29,935 nt of DNA. It comes from an uncultured Ruminiclostridium sp. GTDB taxonomy: Bacteria > Bacillota > Clostridia > DSM-8532. The position numbers and the translations under genes were made by a program. The DNA is taken from contig CAYUZC010000001.1 of NCBI GenBank assembly GCA_964449525.1, positions 702 to 30,636 of the forward strand, given 5' to 3'. This document shows positions 18,504 to 26,380 of this stretch, in pieces. Position 1 is the first letter of the stretch; every line of letters starts with the position of its first letter. The notes under the pieces were generated by a model, which saw only the letters and a list, made by a program, of their open reading frames with translations, ran no database searches and was not told where the DNA came from.

Positions 18504-19868
18504 ATGAACTATGATCTTATTGTAATCGGCGGAGGGCCTGCGGGGTATTTAGCTGCTGAACGTGCTGGACAAGCAGGACTCAATGTTATTTGTTTTGAAA
18601 AAAATAGTGTAGGCGGTGTCTGTCTAAATGAAGGCTGTATACCGACCAAAACTATGCTCTACAGCGCAAAACTGTTTGATGGGGTGGTGAACGGAGAAAA
18701 ATACGGCATCACATCTACAGGCCTTGCTATAGATCACAGCAAAGTTATCGGAAGGAAAAATAAGGTTGTAAAGACACTTGTCAGCGGTGTGAAAGCTACC
18801 CTAAAATCCAATAATGTCACCATTGTAGAGTCTGAAGCGGTAATAACCGAAAAAACCGGCCAAGGTTATACAGTTTCTGCAAACGGTTCAGTCTATACCG
18901 GAAAGAGGATTCTTATTGCAACCGGCTCCTCACCTGCCGTGCCACCGATTCCCGGGCTAATGGAAGGAATCGAGTCAGGCTTTGTAATGACTAATAGAGA
19001 AGCACTTAGTATAGTAGAACCTCCGGAGAAACTGGTCGTAATCGGTGGCGGAGTAATTGGTCTTGAGATGGCATCCTATTATAACAGCATAGGTACTGAT
19101 GTTACCGTAGTTGAAATGCTTGACCATATTGGTGGCGAAAATGATATTGATCTTATAAAGATTTTACAAAAAAATTATGAGAAAAAAGGCATAAAGTTTT
19201 ATCTAAGCGCTAGAGTTACAGAGATTGGTAAGAATGAAGTTATTTTTGAAAAAGATGGTCAAATTCAAAAAGCTTTGGCAGATAAGGTTTTATTGTCCAT
19301 TGGTCGCAGACCTAATATATCGGGAATTGGCCTGGAAAATATCAATATTTTCACCGAACGGGGAGCCATAGTAACCGACGAAAAGATGAAAACAAACCAG
19401 CCTGAAGTATATGCAGCAGGAGATGTAAACGGAAAGTCCATGCTTGCACATACTGCATACAGGGAAGCTGAAGTAGCGGTTAATAATATTCTGGGTAAAA
19501 GGGATATTATGCGATACAGTGCAATTCCTTCGATTATATACACTAACCCGGAGCTGGCGTCAGCCGGTGAGACCGAAGCTACAGCAAAGGCGAAGGGGAT
19601 GGATGTCGATGCCATAAAGCTTTCAATGCGTTTCTCCGGCAGATATCTGGCAGAAAATGAAGGTGGAGACGGTATAGTAAAGCTTGTAGTTGAGAAAAAG
19701 AATAAAACTATTGTAGGAGTACAAGCTCTGGCAAATTACTCATCGGAGTTCATAGTGGCATGCAGTTCCTTTATTGAATTGGGACTTACCATTGATGAAA
19801 TAAAGAAAATTGTATTTCCGCATCCTACCGTGAGCGAGATTATCAGAGAAGCTGTTTTTCAATATTGA
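18504..19868 (+). CDS. lpdA: Dihydrolipoyl dehydrogenase (E3)
   Basis: FAD motif GGGPAG, redox disulfide GGVCLNEGCIP, NAD motif GGGVIG and C-terminal HPTVSE. Confidence 0.96.
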   Translation: MNYDLIVIGGGPAGYLAAERAGQAGLNVICFEKNSVGGVCLNEGCIPTKTMLYSAKLFDGVVNGEKYGITSTGLAIDHSKVIGRKNKVVKTLVSGVKATLKSNNVTIVESEAVITEKTGQGYTVSANGSVYTGKRILIATGSSPAVPPIPGLMEGIESGFVMTNREALSIVEPPEKLVVIGGGVIGLEMASYYNSIGTDVTVVEMLDHIGGENDIDLIKILQKNYEKKGIKFYLSARVTEIGKNEVIFEKDGQIQKALADKVLLSIGRRPNISGIGLENINIFTERGAIVTDEKMKTNQPEVYAAGDVNGKSMLAHTAYREAEVAVNNILGKRDIMRYSAIPSIIYTNPELASAGETEATAKAKGMDVDAIKLSMRFSGRYLAENEGGDGIVKLVVEKKNKTIVGVQALANYSSEFIVACSSFIELGLTIDEIKKIVFPHPTVSEIIREAVFQY

Positions 19869-19892
19869 ATTAATATAGGAGTGTGATATTAA

Positions 19893-22358
19893 ATGTCAAA
19901 ACAATTACCCATAATACCTGAGGAAATGCGTAAGCCCGGGAACTTGGCGTTCCAAGATATCCCTGTTAACAGTTATCAGAAGTCTGTAAAAGATGAGCTA
20001 GGTAGTTTTACAACTGAAGAATTCATGAATATATATCGGGATATGCTGTATATCCGTGAATTTGAGACAATGCTCAATCTAATAAAGACGACAAGTGAGT
20101 ACGAAGGAATTTCCTATAATCATCCCGGTCCGGCTCACCTTGGAATTGGCCAGGAGGCAGCTTATGTGGGTGAGGCCTTCCACCTTACTATTGATGATTA
20201 TATTTTCGGTTCACACCGAAGCCATGGCGAGATATTGGCAAAAGGATTAAGAGCTATTGAAATATTAGATGAAGAAAAGCTTACAGAAATAATGGAAAGT
20301 TTCTTCGAAGGTAAGATTTTAAAAATAGTTAAAGAATCCGGTAAAACCATGAAGGAAATTGGCCGGGACTTTTTGCTTTACGGTACCATGTGTGAGATCT
20401 TTGCCCGTGAAAATGGCTTTAATAAAGGAATGGGCGGTTCAATGCACGCGTTTTTCACTCCTTTCGGTATTTATCCCAACAATGCTATCGTTGGCGGGAG
20501 CGGAGATATATCGGTTGGTGCCGCTATGTACAAGCTTATAAATAAAAAGCCCGGTGTTGTAGTGTGTAATATAGGGGATGGATCATTAGGCTGCGGACCT
20601 GTATGGGAAGGGCTGATGATGGCGGTCATGGATCAGTGTAAGACACTTTGGGGTGAAGATGGCGGTGGCATGCCGATTATATTTAACATCAACAACAATT
20701 TCTACGGAATGGGTGGCCAAACCTTCGGTGAAACCATGGGTTACGGAATGCCTGCACGAATTGCAGCAGGAATATCTCCGACCCAGCTTCATGCTGAGCG
20801 TATTGACGGATTTAACCCTCTTGCAGTAATTGACGCCTACAAACGCAAGCTTCCTGTTGCCAAGGAGGAGGGACCTGTTCTTTTAGATGTTGTTACATAC
20901 AGATATTCCGGACATTCTCCTTCCGATTCATCGAGCTATAGATCCAAGGAAGAAATTGAATCATGGGAAAAGGTTGATTCAATCGTCGCTTTTAAAAGCC
21001 AGCTTATTGAGGCCGGTGTATGCACTGAAAAAGATTTAGAAACAGTATCATCACAGGTCAAAGCCGATATTTTGCGAAACTTCAAATTATCAATTGATGA
21101 AAAGATATCGCCACGCACAGACATATTCGGAACACAATCCAATTTTATTAGTGACCTTATGTTTTCAAATCAAGAAGTCCGATCCTTAGATGGTTCGAGA
21201 AAGCCAGATGTGCTTTTGCCTAAGAATGAATGTCCAAGAGTAAAACAGCTTATGTCAAAGGAGCGCTTTGGCTTTGATAAAAACGGAAAACCTGTCTCCA
21301 AAAACAGAGTTTATCAGCTCCGAGACGGAATAGCAGAACCTATAATAAACAAATTCTATGAGGACCCTACCCTTGTTACCTATGGTGAGGATGTCCGCGA
21401 TTGGGGAGGCGCTTTTGCAGTTTATCGTGGAATGACAGAAGCTATTCCTTATCACAGATTGTTCAACACTCCCATAAGCGAAGCAGCTATTGTCGGCTCA
21501 GCCGTCGGTTATGCTATGTGTGGGGGTCGTGTAATAGCAGAACTAATGTACACAGACTTTTTAGGACGTGCAGGAGATGAAGTATTTAACCAGCTGAGTA
21601 AATGGCAGGCCATGAGTGCAGGGATTTTAAAAATGCCTGTGGTATTGCGTATGAGCGTTGGGAGCAAGTATGGCGCACAGCATTCCCAAGACTGGTCAGC
21701 TCTATGTACCCATATTCCGGGGTTAAAGGTGGTATTCCCTGCAACTCCATATGATGCTAAAGGCTTGATGCAAGCAGCATTGAATGGTACAGATCCGGTG
21801 ATTTTCCTTGAAAGTCAACGAATATATGATGTCGGTGAACAATTCCATGAGGGAGGGGTCCCTCAGGAAGAATATGAGATTAAAATTGGTGACCCGGATA
21901 TAAAACGGGTGGGTTCCGATGTTACTATCCTGTCTATAGGTGCTACCCTTTACAGGGCAATTAAGGCTGCAGATATTCTAGCTGAAAAATATGCTGTCAG
22001 CGCGGAAGTGATTGATGCCAGAAGCCTTGTACCATTTAATTATAGTAAGGTTATTGAAAGTATTAAAAAGACAGGGCGTATTATAATAACAGGCGATGCT
22101 TGTGAACGCACATCGTTTATGAGAAATATGGCCTCACACATTACAGAACTTGCTTTCGATTATATGGATGCACCGCCTGTAGTAGTGGGAGCTAAAAATT
22201 GGATTACTCCTGCCCATGAATTAGAGGATGCTTTCTTCCCGCAACCTGAATGGCTTATAGACGCTATCCATGAGCGGATTCTTCCAATACCGGGACATAT
22301 ATGTACTCATAACTTCACAGAGCTTGAGCAGCTTCGTGAGAACCAGATGGGAGTATAA
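19893..22358 (+). CDS. Fused ThDP-dependent dehydrogenase E1 alpha/beta, substrate unknown
   Basis: Alpha half: HLGIGQEA, SHRSHG, GMGGSMH, GDG...NNN, YRYSGHSPSD. Beta half: GEDV, TPISEAAIVG, GAQHSQ, EVIDARSLVP. One 821-aa ORF. Confidence 0.93.
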   Translation: MSKQLPIIPEEMRKPGNLAFQDIPVNSYQKSVKDELGSFTTEEFMNIYRDMLYIREFETMLNLIKTTSEYEGISYNHPGPAHLGIGQEAAYVGEAFHLTIDDYIFGSHRSHGEILAKGLRAIEILDEEKLTEIMESFFEGKILKIVKESGKTMKEIGRDFLLYGTMCEIFARENGFNKGMGGSMHAFFTPFGIYPNNAIVGGSGDISVGAAMYKLINKKPGVVVCNIGDGSLGCGPVWEGLMMAVMDQCKTLWGEDGGGMPIIFNINNNFYGMGGQTFGETMGYGMPARIAAGISPTQLHAERIDGFNPLAVIDAYKRKLPVAKEEGPVLLDVVTYRYSGHSPSDSSSYRSKEEIESWEKVDSIVAFKSQLIEAGVCTEKDLETVSSQVKADILRNFKLSIDEKISPRTDIFGTQSNFISDLMFSNQEVRSLDGSRKPDVLLPKNECPRVKQLMSKERFGFDKNGKPVSKNRVYQLRDGIAEPIINKFYEDPTLVTYGEDVRDWGGAFAVYRGMTEAIPYHRLFNTPISEAAIVGSAVGYAMCGGRVIAELMYTDFLGRAGDEVFNQLSKWQAMSAGILKMPVVLRMSVGSKYGAQHSQDWSALCTHIPGLKVVFPATPYDAKGLMQAALNGTDPVIFLESQRIYDVGEQFHEGGVPQEEYEIKIGDPDIKRVGSDVTILSIGATLYRAIKAADILAEKYAVSAEVIDARSLVPFNYSKVIESIKKTGRIIITGDACERTSFMRNMASHITELAFDYMDAPPVVVGAKNWITPAHELEDAFFPQPEWLIDAIHERILPIPGHICTHNFTELEQLRENQMGV

Positions 22359-22433
22359 AAGTTTAGTGGCTGTAGACTGAAGAACACTCAACAGATACAA
22401 TTCGGTTCGTGAAACCTACAGTCGCGAAGCTTT
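22358..22433 (+). other. Intergenic RNA stem-loop enclosing CUGAAGA...GUGAAAC
   Basis: Arms 22358-22375 and 22416-22433 give 14 Watson-Crick pairs, 3 G-U pairs and 1 mismatch. Confidence 0.6.
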
Positions 22434-22466
22434 CATAAATTTAATAAGCATATGGAGAGGATTTTT

Positions 22467-23252
22467 ATGATACAAAACCTTGAAGGACAAGTTGCCATAG
22501 TAACAGGTGGAGCACAGGGCTTAGGAGAAGCTCTGTGTCGCAGATTGGATGAGGAAGGATTAAAGGTTGTTGTGGCCGATATCAATCTTGAGCAGGCTCA
22601 AAAGGTGGCCGAAACACTTAAAGATGCCATAGCTATAGGCGTAAATGTTTGTGATGAGGCCCAGGTTGATGATATGGTAAACATGACTATTGAACGTTTT
22701 GGCAAGCTTGATTTATTGGTCTCAAATGCCGCCATACTCATTGCAAAACCTGTGGTAGAATTCTCATATAAAGAATGGGAAAGAATGATTGACGTCAATT
22801 TGAACGGATATTTTCTATGTGCCAGGGCCACTGCACGTGTTATGATTCCAAACGGAAAGGGAAACATTGTTCAGATTAATAGCAAGTCGGGGAAAAAGGG
22901 CTCTTATAAGAATTCGGCATATGCTACAGCCAAGTTTGCTGGAGTCGGGTTCACCCAGAGCTTGGCGCTTGAGCTTGCTGAACACGGAATAAGAGTTAAT
23001 GCTATCTGCCCGGGAAACTTACTCAACTCACCTTTATGGAACGATGGCCCAAATGCTCTGTTCAAGCAGTATGCAAGAAATCAGGGAATCACTGAGGCAC
23101 AGGTTAAACAGAAATATTTAGATCAGGTCCCCTTGAGAAGAAGCTGTGAATATGAAGATATTGCTAATGCTCTTGTCTTCATTGCCTCGGATTCCGCCAG
23201 CTATATGACCGGACAGGCCATAAATGTGACAGGTGGCCAGGAAATGAGGTAG
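22467..23252 (+). CDS. srlD: Sorbitol(glucitol)-6-phosphate 2-dehydrogenase-like SDR
   Basis: TGGAQGLG, QINSKSGKKG, YxxxK (YATAK), GNLLNSP, VPLRRSCEY and TGQAINVTGGQ closely parallel SrlD/SorD. GGAGAGG RBS favours ATG 22467. Confidence 0.85.
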   Translation: MIQNLEGQVAIVTGGAQGLGEALCRRLDEEGLKVVVADINLEQAQKVAETLKDAIAIGVNVCDEAQVDDMVNMTIERFGKLDLLVSNAAILIAKPVVEFSYKEWERMIDVNLNGYFLCARATARVMIPNGKGNIVQINSKSGKKGSYKNSAYATAKFAGVGFTQSLALELAEHGIRVNAICPGNLLNSPLWNDGPNALFKQYARNQGITEAQVKQKYLDQVPLRRSCEYEDIANALVFIASDSASYMTGQAINVTGGQEMR

Positions 23253-23291
23253 TGGGCGAAGCCCTTATTGAATAATGTGGGAGGCGATAAT

Positions 23292-24080
23292 GTGCTCGGT
23301 GTAGAACGAAGAAATAAAATCTTGACAATGATCAATGAAAAAAAGAGTATCCCGGTTCAGGAAACAGCGGCACTCTTCAATGTTACTGAAGAAACAATAA
23401 GAAGAGATTTTAAGTATCTTGAGAAAAAGGGGTTGTTGGTTAGAATACACGGAGGAGCCGTTATATCCGATGAGTCAAAAACTGAACCATCCCTTGAAAT
23501 GAGAGAGGGTATCAATATACCCGGCAAGGATGCTATAGGCAAAAAAGCTGCTGAATTGATTGAGGATTACGATACCATTATATTGGATGCCAGCACCTCG
23601 GCACTATATGTTGCTAAAAATATAAAAGATAAAAAAGGTCTCACTGTAATAACCAATGCAGAAAGAATTATTTTTGAGCTTTCTTCCTGTGATGATATAA
23701 AACTTATATCATCCGGAGGGGTCTTAAGAAATAAAAGTTTGTCCTATGTTGGAAAAATGGCTGAAACTGTGATTAAAAACTATTACGCCAATAAATTGTT
23801 TTTCTCTTGTAGGGGATTTATACCTAAAATAGGACTAACGGATTCCAGTGAACAAGAGTCAGAAATTCGCAGAACTATGATGGAATGCTCGGATAAGGTT
23901 ATTTTTCTGTGTGACCATACCAAGTTTAACAGGGTTGGTTATGTAAACACCGCAAAGCTGGATGAATTAGACTATATAATAACCGATAAACCCTTTCCTT
24001 CCGAATGGGATGAATATTTTGAAGGCGAGTCACCGGTTATAATTGGTTCCGATACACCAAACAATATAGGAGAGATCTGA
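23292..24080 (+). CDS. DeoR/GlpR-family transcriptional regulator
   Basis: HTH FNVTEETIRRD, RIHGGA and sugar-binding domain IILDASTS...TVITN. GGAGG RBS favours GTG 23292. Confidence 0.95.
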   Translation: MLGVERRNKILTMINEKKSIPVQETAALFNVTEETIRRDFKYLEKKGLLVRIHGGAVISDESKTEPSLEMREGINIPGKDAIGKKAAELIEDYDTIILDASTSALYVAKNIKDKKGLTVITNAERIIFELSSCDDIKLISSGGVLRNKSLSYVGKMAETVIKNYYANKLFFSCRGFIPKIGLTDSSEQESEIRRTMMECSDKVIFLCDHTKFNRVGYVNTAKLDELDYIITDKPFPSEWDEYFEGESPVIIGSDTPNNIGEI

Positions 24081-24164
24081 ATTAAAGACTATATAAAAAG
24101 CTGTTTATTCCTATTATAGATTGGTAAGATTCTTATATAGAATTATTGAGAAAAAGGGAGATTA

Positions 24165-25154
24165 ATGATGAATTACAGAACTCTTGGGAAAACAGGATTT
24201 AAAGTATCGGAGGTGTCTTTAGGTACATGGCAGTTGGGAGGCAAGTGGGGCGGAAAATTTGATGAGCGTAGTGCGGAAGAAACCTTAAAAAAGGCAGTCG
24301 AATTAGGTGTTAATTTTTTTGACACTGCTGATGGATATGTCGATGGTCTGAGCGAAAAATCGATAGGAAAGTTTGTTAAGACGATAAGCGATAGAATTTA
24401 TGTGGCCACAAAATGTGGACGGAAGCTTAACCCACACAATGCCGACGGATACAATCGACAGAATATAAGAGAATTTGTACATGATAGCTTAAAAAATATG
24501 GGACTAGAGGTTTTGGACCTCATTCAACTACATTGCCCTCCTACAGAGGTTTATAGCAAACAAGAGGTATATGATACTCTGGATGAGTTAAAAAAGGAAG
24601 GTAAGATTCTAAATTACGGTGTCAGTGTAGAAAAAGTACAAGAAGCATTGATAGCAATGGAACATGAGGGAATTGCAACCATACAGTTGATATTTAATAT
24701 GTTTAGACAAAAGCCGATAGAAGAAGTATTTGAAGTTGCAAAAAATAAAAATGTCGGAATTATTGCAAGGGTCCCTCTAGCTAGCGGTATGCTATCAGGA
24801 AAGATAAACAAGAACAGTACCTTTGAAAAGAACGATCACAGATTATTTAACAGAAACGGTGAATTCTTTGACAAAGGTGAAACTTTTTCGGGAGTAGATT
24901 TTGAAGTCGGGATTCAAGCTGTGACAGAGCTTAAACAAATATTTGGGGAAGATAAAAAATTAGCACAGTATGCATTACGATGGATATTGATGTTCGATTC
25001 AATAAGCTGTGTAATACCCGGGGCAAGCAATCAACTGCAAGCAGAAGGTAATGCTTTAGCATCATCACTCCCACCTTTTACTAATGAGCAAATGGAGAAA
25101 GTAAAGGAAGTATATAATAAATATATCAAAAAAGATGTTCATAATTTATGGTAA
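24165..25154 (+). CDS. Aldo/keto reductase
   Basis: YRTLGKTG..VSEVSLGTW, FFDTADGY, ATK, LIQLH, GIIARVPLASG and VIPGAS motifs. Confidence 0.93.
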   Translation: MMNYRTLGKTGFKVSEVSLGTWQLGGKWGGKFDERSAEETLKKAVELGVNFFDTADGYVDGLSEKSIGKFVKTISDRIYVATKCGRKLNPHNADGYNRQNIREFVHDSLKNMGLEVLDLIQLHCPPTEVYSKQEVYDTLDELKKEGKILNYGVSVEKVQEALIAMEHEGIATIQLIFNMFRQKPIEEVFEVAKNKNVGIIARVPLASGMLSGKINKNSTFEKNDHRLFNRNGEFFDKGETFSGVDFEVGIQAVTELKQIFGEDKKLAQYALRWILMFDSISCVIPGASNQLQAEGNALASSLPPFTNEQMEKVKEVYNKYIKKDVHNLW

Positions 25155-25294
25155 GAGTAATTATTTAATAATCGTACGTATTTTATGAGACGTATAATGT
25201 CTGTAGATGAACTTCTTGTTGATTCCTATAATTAAACTCAATGGGGATATACTAATGAGGATTTAGCATAGAGACGGGATGAGGGGAATCAATA

Positions 25295-26125
25295 TTGAAA
25301 AGATATTTCGAAGGGTGGTATTTTAAACACCAAAAAGAACAGGAAACATTATCAATAATTATGGGTCGCGCGGATGATGGGGCCTTTATACAGGTTATTA
25401 CCCAAGAAGATTCTTACCGTGTACGATATCCGCTTTCAACATATCATAAAGAACAGACCCTTCGGCTGGCCGATAGCTGGTTTGAGCAAAATCATATTCA
25501 CCTTTCCATTCATCATAAAGAGTTGGAGCTCTTCGGTGATTTGTATTACGATAATCTTACTCCCATATGCGGAAATATTATGGGACCTTTTCGATTCATA
25601 CCAATGCAGTGTAGGCATGAGGTAGTCAGTATGAACCACACACTGAAGGGAAGTATTACTCTTAATGGAAAAGAGATTGATTTTACAGGAGGTAAAGGCT
25701 ATATCGAAGGGGATGCCGGATGCTCTTTTCCCAAGAGCTATACCTGGGTTCAATGCAATAGCTTTACCGAAAATTGTTCTATTATGGCGGCTGTGGCACA
25801 TATCCCATTTATGTTTGCTTGGTTTTGGGGCTGCATCTGCGTGATATGGTTAAATGGAGTGGAATATAGGCTAGCGACATACCGAGGAGTAAAGATCAAA
25901 TATAGGGATGAGCGACAATTGGTATTGGTTCAGAAAGATTTAACCTTACAAATTCAATTTCTGCAGCAACATGCTGGAAATATCTTAGATGCCCCTAGCA
26001 AAGGAAAGATGGAGCGAAATGTATGGGAGGTTCCTTGTGCTCCGGCTTATTTCGAGTTTCGGAAGGGAAATGTAATCCTTTTTAAAGGAGAGAGCCGCTT
26101 TGCCAGTTATGAACACATCGTTTGA
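25295..26125 (+). CDS. Tocopherol cyclase-family protein
   Basis: N-terminal YFEGWYFK and GKGYIEGDAGCSFPKSYTWVQCN motifs. TTG start with GAGGGG RBS. Confidence 0.75.
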   Translation: MKRYFEGWYFKHQKEQETLSIIMGRADDGAFIQVITQEDSYRVRYPLSTYHKEQTLRLADSWFEQNHIHLSIHHKELELFGDLYYDNLTPICGNIMGPFRFIPMQCRHEVVSMNHTLKGSITLNGKEIDFTGGKGYIEGDAGCSFPKSYTWVQCNSFTENCSIMAAVAHIPFMFAWFWGCICVIWLNGVEYRLATYRGVKIKYRDERQLVLVQKDLTLQIQFLQQHAGNILDAPSKGKMERNVWEVPCAPAYFEFRKGNVILFKGESRFASYEHIV

Positions 26126-26168
26126 TAGGGAAAGCCACAAGTTACCCATAAAGAGCGGAACGTAATAC

Positions 26169-26197
26169 TTGATTTTATGCTTACCCTGTGCTAAGAT
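26169..26197 (+). promoter_or_regulatory. Putative sigma-A promoter of tRNA-Leu
   Basis: TTGATT-N17-TAAGAT with extended TGn, 13 nt before the mature tRNA. Confidence 0.7.
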
Positions 26198-26210
26198 AAA
26201 AAAGCATTAT

Positions 26211-26297
26211 GCCGATGTGATGGAATTGGCAGACGTAGTGGACTCAAAATCCACCGGTGGCAACACCGTGCCGGTTCGAGTCCGGCCATCGGCACCA
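26211..26297 (+). tRNA. tRNA-Leu(CAA)
   Basis: Acceptor stem GCCGATG/CATCGGC, anticodon arm GTGGA-CTCAAAA-TCCAC, long variable arm, GGTTCGAGTCC T-arm, discriminator A and encoded CCA. 87 nt. Confidence 0.97.
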
Positions 26298-26303
26298 GTT
26301 AAT

Positions 26304-26356
26304 AAGCTACATTTTTTATTGATAGTAATTCAATTAAAATGTAGCTTTTTATATTT
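26304..26356 (+). terminator. Intrinsic terminator after tRNA-Leu
   Basis: AAGCTACATTTT...AAAATGTAGCTT inverted repeat (extends to TTGA/TCAA) followed by a T-rich tract. Confidence 0.8.
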
Positions 26357-26380
26357 ATGATATGTCAGAAAAACTAAAAA

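Noticed and set aside
17189-22358. Annotation as ordinary pyruvate or acetoin dehydrogenase
   Set aside because: Not excluded, but the E1 insertions, gene order and sugar-phosphate neighbours give no support for a specific pdh/aco symbol.
22376-22416. Canonical type I/III hammerhead or standard K-turn
   Set aside because: There is no stem I after the downstream GUC, no room for a stem I hairpin in type III, and the K-turn C-stem is only 2 weak pairs. Kept only as a hedged variant hypothesis.
11453-24080. Functional link between FapA (sugar-PTS-responsive in Vibrio) and the adjacent sugar locus
   Set aside because: Separated by a terminator with convergent orientation, and no shared motif was seen. 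Adjacency alone is not evidence.
26169-26360. 63-aa ORF over the tRNA
   Set aside because: Spurious frame across tRNA-Leu and its terminator.
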